From positions 1 to 49,375 of IMG/VR virus record IMGVR_UViG_3300020458_000005: a stretch of 49,375 nt of DNA. The stretch is one strand, 5' to 3'. The DNA is from a virus. Its lineage: Duplodnaviria; Caudoviricetes. The notes beneath the pieces are model-generated. The model was not told where the DNA came from. It made no database searches and saw only the letters and a list, made by a program, of their open reading frames with translations. A program made the position numbers and the translations under genes. Position 1 is the stretch's first letter. Every line of letters starts with the position of its first letter. Of the stretch, positions 8,932 to 16,940 are shown in pieces.

Positions 8932-10608
8932 CTAAGCCGCTTTCGCAGAACCATGGCAGCGCTGCAGGTGCTCAATCAGCACGGCACAGATGCGCGGCCA
9001 GTCCGATTCGGCGTACAGCACGGCTGAACGCTCTTTGCCGACTGACTGAATGCCGAGCTGGGCGAGTCCGTCAGCGCTGATGCTCAGCGGGCCAAGGCGG
9101 GCGTTGATGTCGCCCAGCTTGATAGTGGCGCCAAGCTCTTCCAGGTTTCGCGGGATCGGGCCTGAGTCGCGCTCCGCATCTTGACCAAGGCCTGCAACCT
9201 GACCGGATACCTGCGTTTCCTGCTGGCGCTGGGCTTCGGCTGCAAGCTCTGCCGTCTTGGCTGCCTCTGCCGCGTCGGCCGCTGCTTTCGCTTCGCGTTC
9301 GATGCGTTCGCGCTCGGCGTCCAGCTTCGCTTGCTCAGCCTGCCTGTGCTCGGCAATGCGGGCAGTGATGACCGCTTCCAGATCTTCTTTGGCCTTGGCG
9401 ACCAGCTGCTGAGCGTCAGGGAAAAGGCGTTCAAACCCCTCGGCCTTGGTGCGCAACAGTTCGAGGTTGCCCCGGTACTGCTCGGCGATCTGGCTGACCT
9501 CGATCTTGGCGCGGGCCAATTCGGTGTCGGCGGCATCGCGCAGGCTGGCGATGGTCTTCTTGCCCTTGATGGCGCCATTGAAGTCGGCGCGATAGTCGGG
9601 CAGGCGAATGCGCGGGCCCAGCCCCTCATTGAGGGCGGCGATGTGATCGGTCAGCGCCTTGGCGGCGGTCATCACGATGTCTTCGCGGATCTGGGTCTTG
9701 CGAGCCTTGACCAGCTTGTCCAGCGCCAGGCGCTTCTGGCGGGCTGTCTCGCTGATTTCATCCAGCGCACGGAACAGCTCGTCAATGGTGCTGGTCTGGC
9801 TTAGTGCGTGATCCTTGGCAGCCTTGAGGCGGCCTTCAACATCAGAGCACCACTTCACAGCCTGCTCGGCGTCAGCGAAGTCCTGATCGGTTTCGAGCTG
9901 GTCGTTGACGTTGCCGATAACAGTCAGCGCGGTCGACTTGAACTCGTCCAGGTTGCTGGCGGTAACCATGCCGGTCAGCTCGATGCGCAGCGCCGGCAGC
10001 GACTCAGGGGCCTTGCCGACGGCTTCCGGTACCGACTCTTCCGGCTGGTAGGCTGCAACGTCCTGCGCGAATTGCTCCCAGCCAGCGATCAGCTGCTCGA
10101 TGCGGCCCGGCACGGCGCGATATTCCATCATGTGGAAGTTGCCTTCGGTGCCGTCAGAGCATACGAACAACACGCGCTCTGCGCCGGTAACGTACAGCTG
10201 CTGCTCAAGCTGCCAGTAATACTGGCCTGTCAGCTCGCCGGCCTCGATCATGGCGACCACATCCTGATTCAGGAGCTTGTGCTCGAACAGGGTAGAGTCG
10301 AGCATGTCGATCCCGTCGACCGACGCCAGCAGCTTGTCGCGGGTGCCTACTACCGGGTACAGCTCTTCGCCAATGCGTTGCTCAAGGATGGCGCGTGCCT
10401 TGGCTTCAGTGTCGTGGCCCGCATCGAAGCGGCGCTGCGTGGCCGCGTCGACTTCGGGAACAACACCTGTCGCCTTTTGGCGGATCAGCTGTGCGCGGCT
10501 CATGTACTTGCTTTCACCCATCATGGCTGGGGCTTCGCTGGCGTTGAAGTGCTCAGCGCGCAGGGCATGCCACTCTGGGCTGCCCTGGATGACGTTGTGA
10601 GAGATCAT
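8932..10608 (-). CDS. YqaJ/lambda-exonuclease family recombination nuclease with coiled-coil tail
   Basis: QGSPEWHALR, ASE, ASVDG, FEHK, YYWQLEQQL motifs. Confidence 0.9.
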   Translation of the reverse strand: MISHNVIQGSPEWHALRAEHFNASEAPAMMGESKYMSRAQLIRQKATGVVPEVDAATQRRFDAGHDTEAKARAILEQRIGEELYPVVGTRDKLLASVDGIDMLDSTLFEHKLLNQDVVAMIEAGELTGQYYWQLEQQLYVTGAERVLFVCSDGTEGNFHMMEYRAVPGRIEQLIAGWEQFAQDVAAYQPEESVPEAVGKAPESLPALRIELTGMVTASNLDEFKSTALTVIGNVNDQLETDQDFADAEQAVKWCSDVEGRLKAAKDHALSQTSTIDELFRALDEISETARQKRLALDKLVKARKTQIREDIVMTAAKALTDHIAALNEGLGPRIRLPDYRADFNGAIKGKKTIASLRDAADTELARAKIEVSQIAEQYRGNLELLRTKAEGFERLFPDAQQLVAKAKEDLEAVITARIAEHRQAEQAKLDAERERIEREAKAAADAAEAAKTAELAAEAQRQQETQVSGQVAGLGQDAERDSGPIPRNLEELGATIKLGDINARLGPLSISADGLAQLGIQSVGKERSAVLYAESDWPRICAVLIEHLQRCHGSAKAA

Positions 10609-11372
10609 TGGTCAACTACCTCTTCGGATTCCGGATTGATGTCCATCAGCTTCTTGCGCTGGGCTTCGGTTAGCGGGGCTTTCAGCTCAACCTTGGCGAT
10701 GATGCGGTCTGCCGTTGTCTTGTTCTCGCGGATCATTCGAGACCAGGTCGGAAGCTGCTCGTTGAATTTGTCTGTCGGGTAGTGCTCGATGGCCAGCGGC
10801 TGACTCGCTACCGGGGCATGGCCGTGCGGGGTGATGTCCCGCTCTTCCGGCATGTCGCGCGCTTCTTCGACGGTGACCAGGCCGCCCAGCGCATCAGCGA
10901 ACTTGTCGCGCAGGGCGTAGCCGCGGGCGCGCCACATCAGCATGCGCTTGGGGTATTGGGTCCAAGGCCCAGATTTCGACCAGAGGCCAGCTTTCTCAGC
11001 ATCGGCCTTGCTGAACTTGACGGTGTGCTTGGCGGTGTCACCCTTGCGCCATACGGTGCAGGTGGCCGTCATTGTGCTGTCGTCGAATGTTTCTTCGTGG
11101 CCGCCGAACTTCGGATTGTTCTGCACCAGGGCGAGCAGGGCGTCACCGTAGATGGCGGGCTTGCCGTTGATGACGGCGATGTTCTGCAGAGACTGGATCG
11201 GGTTAAGGCCCAGCTCGCTGCCCATCATCATCGCGACCAGGGTGTCTTGCGGTTTGTTCTGATAGTGCTTGGGCACCATTTGCGACCCGGCCAGCATTTC
11301 AGCGAGGTGCATGGCTTCGTCGAGCGTGCTGGGTTGCAGAGCAAACCCGCTCGTTTTTGCAATAGCGTTCAT
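10605..11372 (-). CDS. RecT-like single-strand annealing protein
   Basis: GLNPIQSLQNIAVINGKP, W..YPKRML..RA motifs; paired with the exonuclease. Confidence 0.85.
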   Translation of the reverse strand: MNAIAKTSGFALQPSTLDEAMHLAEMLAGSQMVPKHYQNKPQDTLVAMMMGSELGLNPIQSLQNIAVINGKPAIYGDALLALVQNNPKFGGHEETFDDSTMTATCTVWRKGDTAKHTVKFSKADAEKAGLWSKSGPWTQYPKRMLMWRARGYALRDKFADALGGLVTVEEARDMPEERDITPHGHAPVASQPLAIEHYPTDKFNEQLPTWSRMIRENKTTADRIIAKVELKAPLTEAQRKKLMDINPESEEVVDQ

Positions 11373-11382
11373 GGTTGATTAC

Positions 11383-11472
11383 CTACTGAGGTGAAACGAT
11401 GATCAGGGCGCCGAGGATGACGCCCCAGAAGAGAAGAAAGCCGGCAGTGTCTCGGCAGATGCGGCGGATCAT
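11383..11472 (-). CDS. 29-aa single-TM peptide
   Basis: MIRRICRDTAGFLLFWGVILGALIIVSPQ; ATGA overlap. Confidence 0.45.
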   Translation of the reverse strand: MIRRICRDTAGFLLFWGVILGALIIVSPQ

Positions 11473-11954
11473 TTGGGCAGCTCGGGCAGGGGTTGCCAGT
11501 GCGATACTTTTACGTCGCACCGATCTCCGTCTATATAGCGCCACGGCATCATTTCGTTTTTGCATGCCATGGCAAAGAACGGGCTGTGGCTTGTCTTTCT
11601 GCCAACCTTGCAGGCAAGGACGTGAACGCCGACTTCCGGCATTCGCTCAGTCACCGGCACCCACCGCTGCGCCTGCTCAAGCGCCACAAGCCTCTGATGA
11701 TCGGCTATCAGCGCCTGCGTGATGCTCTCGCCCCACTTGGCCAGATTCAATGGCCGCGCATAGTCCAGAACAGGGTTCATAACCTGCATAGCCTCGCGCT
11801 TGTACTGCTCAAGCTCTCGGATGCGGGCGATCAGCGCCTCGCCGTCCTGCATGTCGATATAGGCTTCACGCCCCAGCTTGCGAGCGCTTTGGAAGTCCAG
11901 TTCAATCTCCGCAATCAGTTCATCGGTGGCACTGGGGATGGTTAGGGTGGTCAT
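11469..11954 (-). CDS. DUF551-like (Eaa) protein
   Basis: WVPVTERMPE...VSHWQPLPELP. Confidence 0.75.
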   Translation of the reverse strand: MTTLTIPSATDELIAEIELDFQSARKLGREAYIDMQDGEALIARIRELEQYKREAMQVMNPVLDYARPLNLAKWGESITQALIADHQRLVALEQAQRWVPVTERMPEVGVHVLACKVGRKTSHSPFFAMACKNEMMPWRYIDGDRCDVKVSHWQPLPELPK

Positions 11955-12313
11955 AGGTCAGCTCCAATAATCGGGCCTGCCGCAAATAGCGCGCCGGCAG
12001 CGACCCACTCGCCGGCGAGAAAACCGGCAACCAGCCCAAGGCCGAACATGCCCAGGGCGAATACAGGTCGCCATGTGATGCGGCGGCGCGATGCAGGCTC
12101 TGCTGCTACCGGCTCACCCCGGCGATCAGCGACAACCTTGTCGAACTGAGCCAGGGCACTGTTGCGCTGCGCCTCGGTGATGAAATCCCGATGCCAAAGG
12201 CCGTCAATCGCGCCGGTTGCGTAGAAAAGCGTCGTATGGAGCACATCCTCTGCGGCTAACGTCAGCCGCATTGACCAGTAGCGCGTTTCAATGTCGAGCA
12301 GTTCGTTGTCCAT
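11951..12313 (-). CDS. Hypothetical membrane protein
   Basis: C-terminal hydrophobic hairpin; GGAGG RBS. Confidence 0.6.
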   Translation of the reverse strand: MDNELLDIETRYWSMRLTLAAEDVLHTTLFYATGAIDGLWHRDFITEAQRNSALAQFDKVVADRRGEPVAAEPASRRRITWRPVFALGMFGLGLVAGFLAGEWVAAGALFAAGPIIGADL

Positions 12314-12321
12314 AACGCCTC

Positions 12322-12600
12322 CTATCCAGCCTTGCGGCCAAGCTGATCTGATTCCCAGCGGTCGATGGCAGCGTCGTCCTTCGCCCGCTGAACGTCAGCC
12401 AGGAACTGCTGGCGCACAGCCTCTTCAATGCTGTCGCCGTGCTCAGACATGAATGCGGCGGCATCCACGCAGGTCATCGGCGGGTCAAACTCGACGCTCC
12501 GCATGCCCCAGCAAAAGCCGTCGTCTTCGGTATCTTTTGCGCAGTAATCAACGATCACGCCGCAATAAGTGATGCGGCCTTCGATTCCAGTGATTTCCAT
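12322..12600 (-). CDS. Hypothetical acidic protein, first gene of the pL operon
   Basis: MEITGIEG start at 12600 with GGAG RBS. Confidence 0.6.
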   Translation of the reverse strand: MEITGIEGRITYCGVIVDYCAKDTEDDGFCWGMRSVEFDPPMTCVDAAAFMSEHGDSIEEAVRQQFLADVQRAKDDAAIDRWESDQLGRKAG

Positions 12601-12666
12601 AGTTATCTCCAGATGAACGCCCACAGGCATAGCGTGCATGCCTCTGGGCGCTGGATAGGGAAGGGG

Positions 12667-12690
12667 AAAAAGAACCCCGCCGGAGCGGGG
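12667..12690 (-). terminator. tL-like intrinsic terminator in the pL leader
   Basis: CCCCGC-TCCG-GCGGGG followed by TTCTTTTT on the minus strand. Confidence 0.65.
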
Positions 12691-13014
12691 CAAAGAGTGT
12701 GATGGGTGCCTGTCTTTCCAGGCTGTCATCGGCGTTGCATCCGAACCGCTCGTTCACCCATGAGCTTGCGCTGGGGCCGGTCTCTCCCGGCTGTCTCGCC
12801 AGTGAACCGCCCAGCAGCGCCAGGCGGCACAGTCAATCACCAGTCTCGCGGATAGCGTTACCGCCTCATTACAGGGGTGATTCCCGTCCTCTCGTTAGCC
12901 GACTCATAGAGGAAACGACGTGTTAACGGCAGTACGCTGCCAGCCCGGCGCCGGAATCGTTGATAGGTGCGGGTTACGTCTCCCGCGCGGGCTCTCACCG
13001 CCGTCTTGCTTGTT

Positions 13015-13149
13015 GATGCAGATGACCGGTGCTGATCTCCGGCATTTTGGGAACAAGAACCTGAGTCGTTACACCTCAGCCACTTTTGAGCGACCACCCT
13101 ATGGGCAGTTACAGGCCCCCTCGCATCAGCCTGCGCATTCATCTGCATC
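13015..13149 (-). ncRNA. Putative structured RNA (multibranch, tRNA-shaped, kissing loops) in the pL leader
   Basis: Perfect 11-bp closing stem GATGCAGATGA/TCATCTGCATC, four internal hairpins, complementary loops GCUGA/UCAGC. Confidence 0.55.
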
Positions 13150-13484
13150 TGGCAGTGCTCTGTCGCATCCCGCCGGTTGTTCGAGGCTGCGAAACCTCGG
13201 CCCCTTTGGGCAGAGCACTCCCAGATGCCCAGCAGTGCCGCTGCTGGGGCCGGTGTTACATCCCATACCAATCCGCCTGGGTGGGCGGGGCGCAGTGCTT
13301 GCCGGGTCATTCGCTCGGTTCAGTCGTTCCAACTTCGTCCGCTGCTGGGTTCTTCCCGCATGGGCAGGCTTTCGAGCCTGTCGGATCGCCGGTCGCCGGT
13401 AGAGGCACTGCGGTCTGTTTGGTATTGCGCTGAGTTTTGAAAGATCGCGGGTCTGGCCCTGGCCGTTGGTGCTGGCTTGGGATA

Positions 13485-13513
13485 AATATAGGCATACCTT
13501 TATTTGTAGTCAA
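13485..13513 (-). promoter_or_regulatory. pL promoter (sigma70) overlapped by OL operators
   Basis: TTGACT-17bp-TATATT on the minus strand; operators at 13487-13503 and 13512-13528; boxA-like CGATCTTTCAAAA at 13435-13447. Confidence 0.85.
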
Positions 13514-13579
13514 TAGGTAATCCTTTATTTTTTCTGAAGGGCAAAAGAAAACCCGCCGAAGCGGGCTGGGGGAGGGCAC

Positions 13580-13606
13580 AAAAAAGCCCGCGCGGGGCGG
13601 GCTTTT
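13580..13606. terminator. Bidirectional intrinsic terminator ending the cI-zeta operon
   Basis: AAAAAAGCCCGC-GCGGG-GCGGGCTTTT; a second hairpin CCCGC-CGAA-GCGGG at ~13551-13565. Confidence 0.8.
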
Positions 13607-13625
13607 AAGGTTTAGATATTAACGC

Positions 13626-13796
13626 TCAGGCGGATGCTTTCTCAGCGTATGCGGCGATGACTTCGCGCTGGCGCTCTGATGCCTGGCTGATAACGCGCGC
13701 GTACACCTTCTTCTTTTCGCCGGAGCTGGCGTTGCGAAGAAAGTCAGAGAGCGGGGTCGACGAAGCCACCTTGGTTTTGGTGCCAAAAAGATTCAT
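13626..13796 (-). CDS. 56-aa partner protein downstream of the zeta-like toxin (candidate antitoxin; not in ORF track)
   Basis: MNLFGTKTKVASSTPLSDFLRNASSGEKKKVYARVISQASERQREVIAAYAEKASA; ATGA overlap with the zeta stop, GGAG RBS. Confidence 0.75.
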   Translation of the reverse strand: MNLFGTKTKVASSTPLSDFLRNASSGEKKKVYARVISQASERQREVIAAYAEKASA

Positions 13797-14536
13797 AGCG
13801 GTTTCTCCGGTGCGGGGAGGTTTTGGACAAGAAATTCCCGCGTAAAGTTCTCTGGGACGTATCGGTCGATCACGTCAATATTCATCTTATAAGAGCGCAG
13901 CGAATTGTCCAGATTTTTGACCATCAAGTCCACCTCGATCCTCTTGCCAAAGTGAGCTTTCAGACGATTGACCACGGACCTCGCTTCGAAATACTGGTCT
14001 ATGAAGTCTTCCAGTCGAATGCGCCTGCCTTCCTGAGCCTCCCTGGCCTGAACAAACTGCCACGCCAGCTTCGGCTGCTGGTATACATATAGTATCTGCA
14101 CAAACCGGTTTTTATTTAGGCATCGCTCTATATTGCTTTTGGCTTTCTCGTAGTTCGTCAGGGTGCCGTCAAGGATGAAGCTCTGGCGATTCTTGAAAGC
14201 CATATCGATCACCTTCTCGACGATGATGCTGACGGCTGGTTGGAACAACCAAGCGTTCTTCCCATCATAGCCTTCAAAAAAGACACGATACTTGTCAGGG
14301 TCGATCAAGAGGGTAGAGCCTCCGAGATCATGTAGAAATGCCTCGGCCGTCTCTGTTTTCCCGGCGCCAGGAGAGCCAGCCATAAAGAGCGCCACCGGCT
14401 CTTCTTCAGATGGGTAGCGATTGGCATCCGTCAGCTGTCGGGCGATTCGCTTCTTGTTGTCACGAGCGAAAGCGACAGACTTTTCCCGGATCACCTGCTC
14501 TGCCGCTGTCATGTGGATTTGGTGATCGCTAGGCAT
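13793..14536 (-). CDS. Zeta-toxin family P-loop kinase
   Basis: FMAGSPGAGKT Walker A, IDPD, FILDGTL motifs; GGAG RBS; lower GC than the flanks. Confidence 0.85.
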   Translation of the reverse strand: MPSDHQIHMTAAEQVIREKSVAFARDNKKRIARQLTDANRYPSEEEPVALFMAGSPGAGKTETAEAFLHDLGGSTLLIDPDKYRVFFEGYDGKNAWLFQPAVSIIVEKVIDMAFKNRQSFILDGTLTNYEKAKSNIERCLNKNRFVQILYVYQQPKLAWQFVQAREAQEGRRIRLEDFIDQYFEARSVVNRLKAHFGKRIEVDLMVKNLDNSLRSYKMNIDVIDRYVPENFTREFLVQNLPAPEKPL

Positions 14537-14566
14537 ATGCTAAGCATCTCCATGGCCCGGACAGAT

Positions 14567-14692
14567 TCATGTCGCCTGATGTATACCAACGACCACCCCA
14601 CAAACCACCAGCACCACCACTGCCTCCAGCATCTGACGCCTTGCCCAGCGCTTGCCCTCAAACAGGGCCTGCCAGAAGCGGAAGCCGAACAC
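14567..14692 (-). CDS. 41-aa single-TM protein coupled to cI (not in ORF track)
   Basis: GTG overlaps the cI TAG; MFGFRFWQALFEGKRWARRQMLEAVVVLVVCGVVVGIHQAT. Confidence 0.5.
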   Translation of the reverse strand: MFGFRFWQALFEGKRWARRQMLEAVVVLVVCGVVVGIHQAT

Positions 14693-15336
14693 TATAGGTC
14701 AGCCCACTTGGCCTCAATTACCCTGCCAACGAAGCGACAGTTGCCGTTAATAGGGATCATCCTGTACGACGGGTTCAGCGGCTTGAGGTATCGGCCGCTG
14801 GCGTCTTGGATAAACTGTTTGAAGGTTGCCTCGTTCGAGTCGTCGAGCTTGGCTACAACCAAATTCCCAGGCATGACCTCTAGCCCCGGGTGGACGAGTA
14901 TCAACATCCCTTCCGGGAAGCTCTTTCCAGATGGCGACACCATCGAATCGTTCTTCACGCGGAGCCAGAAGCCGTTAGGCCCTGCGTCGGCGGGTGTGCC
15001 CTGCCACTCATCTGAAAAGCCTGGCTGAAACTCGTCGCATATCTCCATCCACTCTCCAGCCTGAACCTCGCTGATCACAGGGTACCTCCTGTACCTGTCT
15101 GGCTGATAAGCCGATTCAAGCTCCGGGGTATCGAGCATCTCGCCAATCCCCCGCTCAAGCCATACGGCGTTCACGCCACAAGCTGCGGCAATTGTTGCCG
15201 TGTTTGATGACGACTGCGACTTGCCTGTCTCCAGCTCGGAGATGGTTGTCTGGGTCACGCCCACGAGCGCGGCAAGCTTGGGTTGAGTCAGCTTCGCGTG
15301 CTTACGCGCGGCCTTGATTCTGTCTTTGTATTCCAT
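14692..15336 (-). CDS. cI: CI-like repressor (HTH + S24 autopeptidase)
   Basis: [24 protein letters not shown]; EVQAG cleavage site, NDSM and TFK catalytic residues; likely start MEYKDRIK at 15336. Confidence 0.93.
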   Translation of the reverse strand: MEYKDRIKAARKHAKLTQPKLAALVGVTQTTISELETGKSQSSSNTATIAAACGVNAVWLERGIGEMLDTPELESAYQPDRYRRYPVISEVQAGEWMEICDEFQPGFSDEWQGTPADAGPNGFWLRVKNDSMVSPSGKSFPEGMLILVHPGLEVMPGNLVVAKLDDSNEATFKQFIQDASGRYLKPLNPSYRMIPINGNCRFVGRVIEAKWADL

Positions 15337-15343
15337 GACTGAG

Positions 15344-15410
15344 TTTATAAAGGTTCGCCTATATCCTTGCAAACAGGCATGCCTATGCAAATAATAAAGG
15401 CATTCCTATA
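15344..15410. promoter_or_regulatory. OR region: three operators, pR and pRM
   Basis: Operators at 15347-15363, 15371-15387 and 15394-15410 (AWAMAGG-N4-CCTAT); pR TTGCAA-17-AATAAT, pRM TTGCAA-17-TATAAA. Confidence 0.8.
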
Positions 15411-15423
15411 TGGAGTCTTTGAA

Positions 15424-15639
15424 ATGAGCATCTACAAAAGCCTGGTCGCCCACTTTGACGGGCAAGCCAACACCGCTGAAAAACTCGGCGTCAAGCAGGG
15501 CACTGTTTCTGGGTGGGTTACTGGTCAGCACGGCATGAGCGCTATCACTGCGACGCGCGCCGAGCGCGTGACCGAAGGGAAGTTCAAGGCCACCGACCTG
15601 TGCCCAAGCCTTGCCGAAGCGTCGATGCCAGCCGCCTGA
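15424..15639 (+). CDS. cro: Cro-like repressor
   Basis: Divergent from cI; GQANTAEKLGVKQGTVSGW HTH, DLCP C-terminal motif. Confidence 0.9.
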   Translation: MSIYKSLVAHFDGQANTAEKLGVKQGTVSGWVTGQHGMSAITATRAERVTEGKFKATDLCPSLAEASMPAA

Positions 15640-15702
15640 CCACGATCACATGGTGGCAGGGGCTTTGCCATGCCGCCACGGAAACAACAACGAGGTTTTC
15701 CG

Positions 15703-16125
15703 ATGGACGATTTTTTGCGGGCAACGCACAACACCGTCAAGGACAACGATGCAAAGGTTCTGGCGGCCAAGATGGGATTGCCCCACGTCAGCCTTTTGCA
15801 GCGCTCAAACCCGGACGACGACGCCCACCGCCTGACCGTTGAACACCTGTACGGCATTTTGCTGCACAGCGGGGATATGCGCCCGCTTGAGGCACTGGCG
15901 GATGAGTTCGGCTTCGATCTGGTGGCGAAGGAAAAGCCGGCGGCGCAGGAGCTGACCAGCGCGCTGCTGCACATGAGCGCCGAGGTGGCGGACGTGACGC
16001 GAGCGGTAACCGATGCGCTGGATGACGGACGGGTATCGCAGATCGAGCGGCAGAAGATCCTGCGCGAGGCGGCAGAGGCCAGACACAGCATCGACGCGCT
16101 TGTTGAAGCAGTGAAGGTGGGTTGA
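15703..16125 (+). CDS. cII: CII-family regulatory protein
   Basis: Position after cro; LAAKMG...NPDDDAHRL and ALDDGRVSQIE motifs. Confidence 0.8.
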   Translation: MDDFLRATHNTVKDNDAKVLAAKMGLPHVSLLQRSNPDDDAHRLTVEHLYGILLHSGDMRPLEALADEFGFDLVAKEKPAAQELTSALLHMSAEVADVTRAVTDALDDGRVSQIERQKILREAAEARHSIDALVEAVKVG

Positions 16126-16193
16126 TGAACAGGCAAGAAAAAGCCCGCTGGATCAGAGCGGGCTCGGGTACTGCAACTTCTTGAGAGGTAAGT

Positions 16194-16940
16194 ATGAGCA
16201 AGAGAAAAACGATTAGCAAGAAAGTCCGCTTCGAGGTGTTCAAGCGCGACAGCTTCACCTGTCAGTACTGCGGCGCAAAGTCGCCGGACGTAATCCTGCA
16301 TGTCGACCACATCAACCCTGTGAGCAAGGGCGGCGACAACGAAATCATCAACCTGGTCACATCATGCGAGGCGTGCAACTCCGGCAAGTCAGATCGGCTG
16401 CTCAACGACTCCACTTCTATCGAGGTTCAGCGCGCGCAGCTGGAAGAACTGAACAAGCGGCGCGAGCAGTTGGAAATGATGCTTGCTTGGCGCGACTCGC
16501 TGAAAGGTCTGGATGACGAGACCGTTGATGCGGTCGTAGAGCGAATTGAAGGGCCGATGGCTGGCTTCATAGTAAACGAGCACGGCAAGCAGTCAGTTCG
16601 CAAGTGGCTCAAGCGATTCTCGGTAAGCGAGATTCTGGATGCGGCCGACTTGGCTGGCGAGCGCCTTGATGGCGAGCCGGACCAAGACGCAATCAACGCC
16701 TACTTCAACTCAATTCCAAAGATCTGCGCTACGCGGCGAATGCCTGAATCAGCGCAGCGCCTCCGCTATGCGCGGGGAATCCTTCGAAATCGAATCTACG
16801 TCAACGAAAAGCTCGCGCTGCCCCTGATGGAGGCCGCCGTTGCGGCAGGCATGGACCCAGAGGACATCGTTGAGTACGCAAAAGTCACCCCAAACTGGAC
16901 CGCGTTCAGGGCGGAAATGGAGGCCCAGGCAAATGGCTAG
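16194..16940 (+). CDS. HNH endonuclease domain protein
   Basis: RFEVFKRDSFTCQYCG...HVDHINPVSKGG...NLVTSCEACN. Confidence 0.88.
   Translation: MSKRKTISKKVRFEVFKRDSFTCQYCGAKSPDVILHVDHINPVSKGGDNEIINLVTSCEACNSGKSDRLLNDSTSIEVQRAQLEELNKRREQLEMMLAWRDSLKGLDDETVDAVVERIEGPMAGFIVNEHGKQSVRKWLKRFSVSEILDAADLAGERLDGEPDQDAINAYFNSIPKICATRRMPESAQRLRYARGILRNRIYVNEKLALPLMEAAVAAGMDPEDIVEYAKVTPNWTAFRAEMEAQANG

Noticed and set aside
9181-11378. Long plus-strand ORFs (207, 324 and 198 aa)
   Set aside because: Antisense to the exonuclease and RecT genes, with no RBS or motifs
12858-13579. ORFs in the pL leader as an N antiterminator
   Set aside because: No good RBS, atypical composition, and overlap with promoter, operators and RNA stems; a tiny ORF cannot be fully excluded
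15337-15423. N-terminal extensions of cI (to 15390) and cro (from 15367) in the ORF track
   Set aside because: They run through the operators and promoters; starts at 15336 and 15424 fit better
16138-16165. oop-like antisense RNA terminator after cII
   Set aside because: A hairpin with an A-tract on its left is present, but I could not identify a matching leftward promoter
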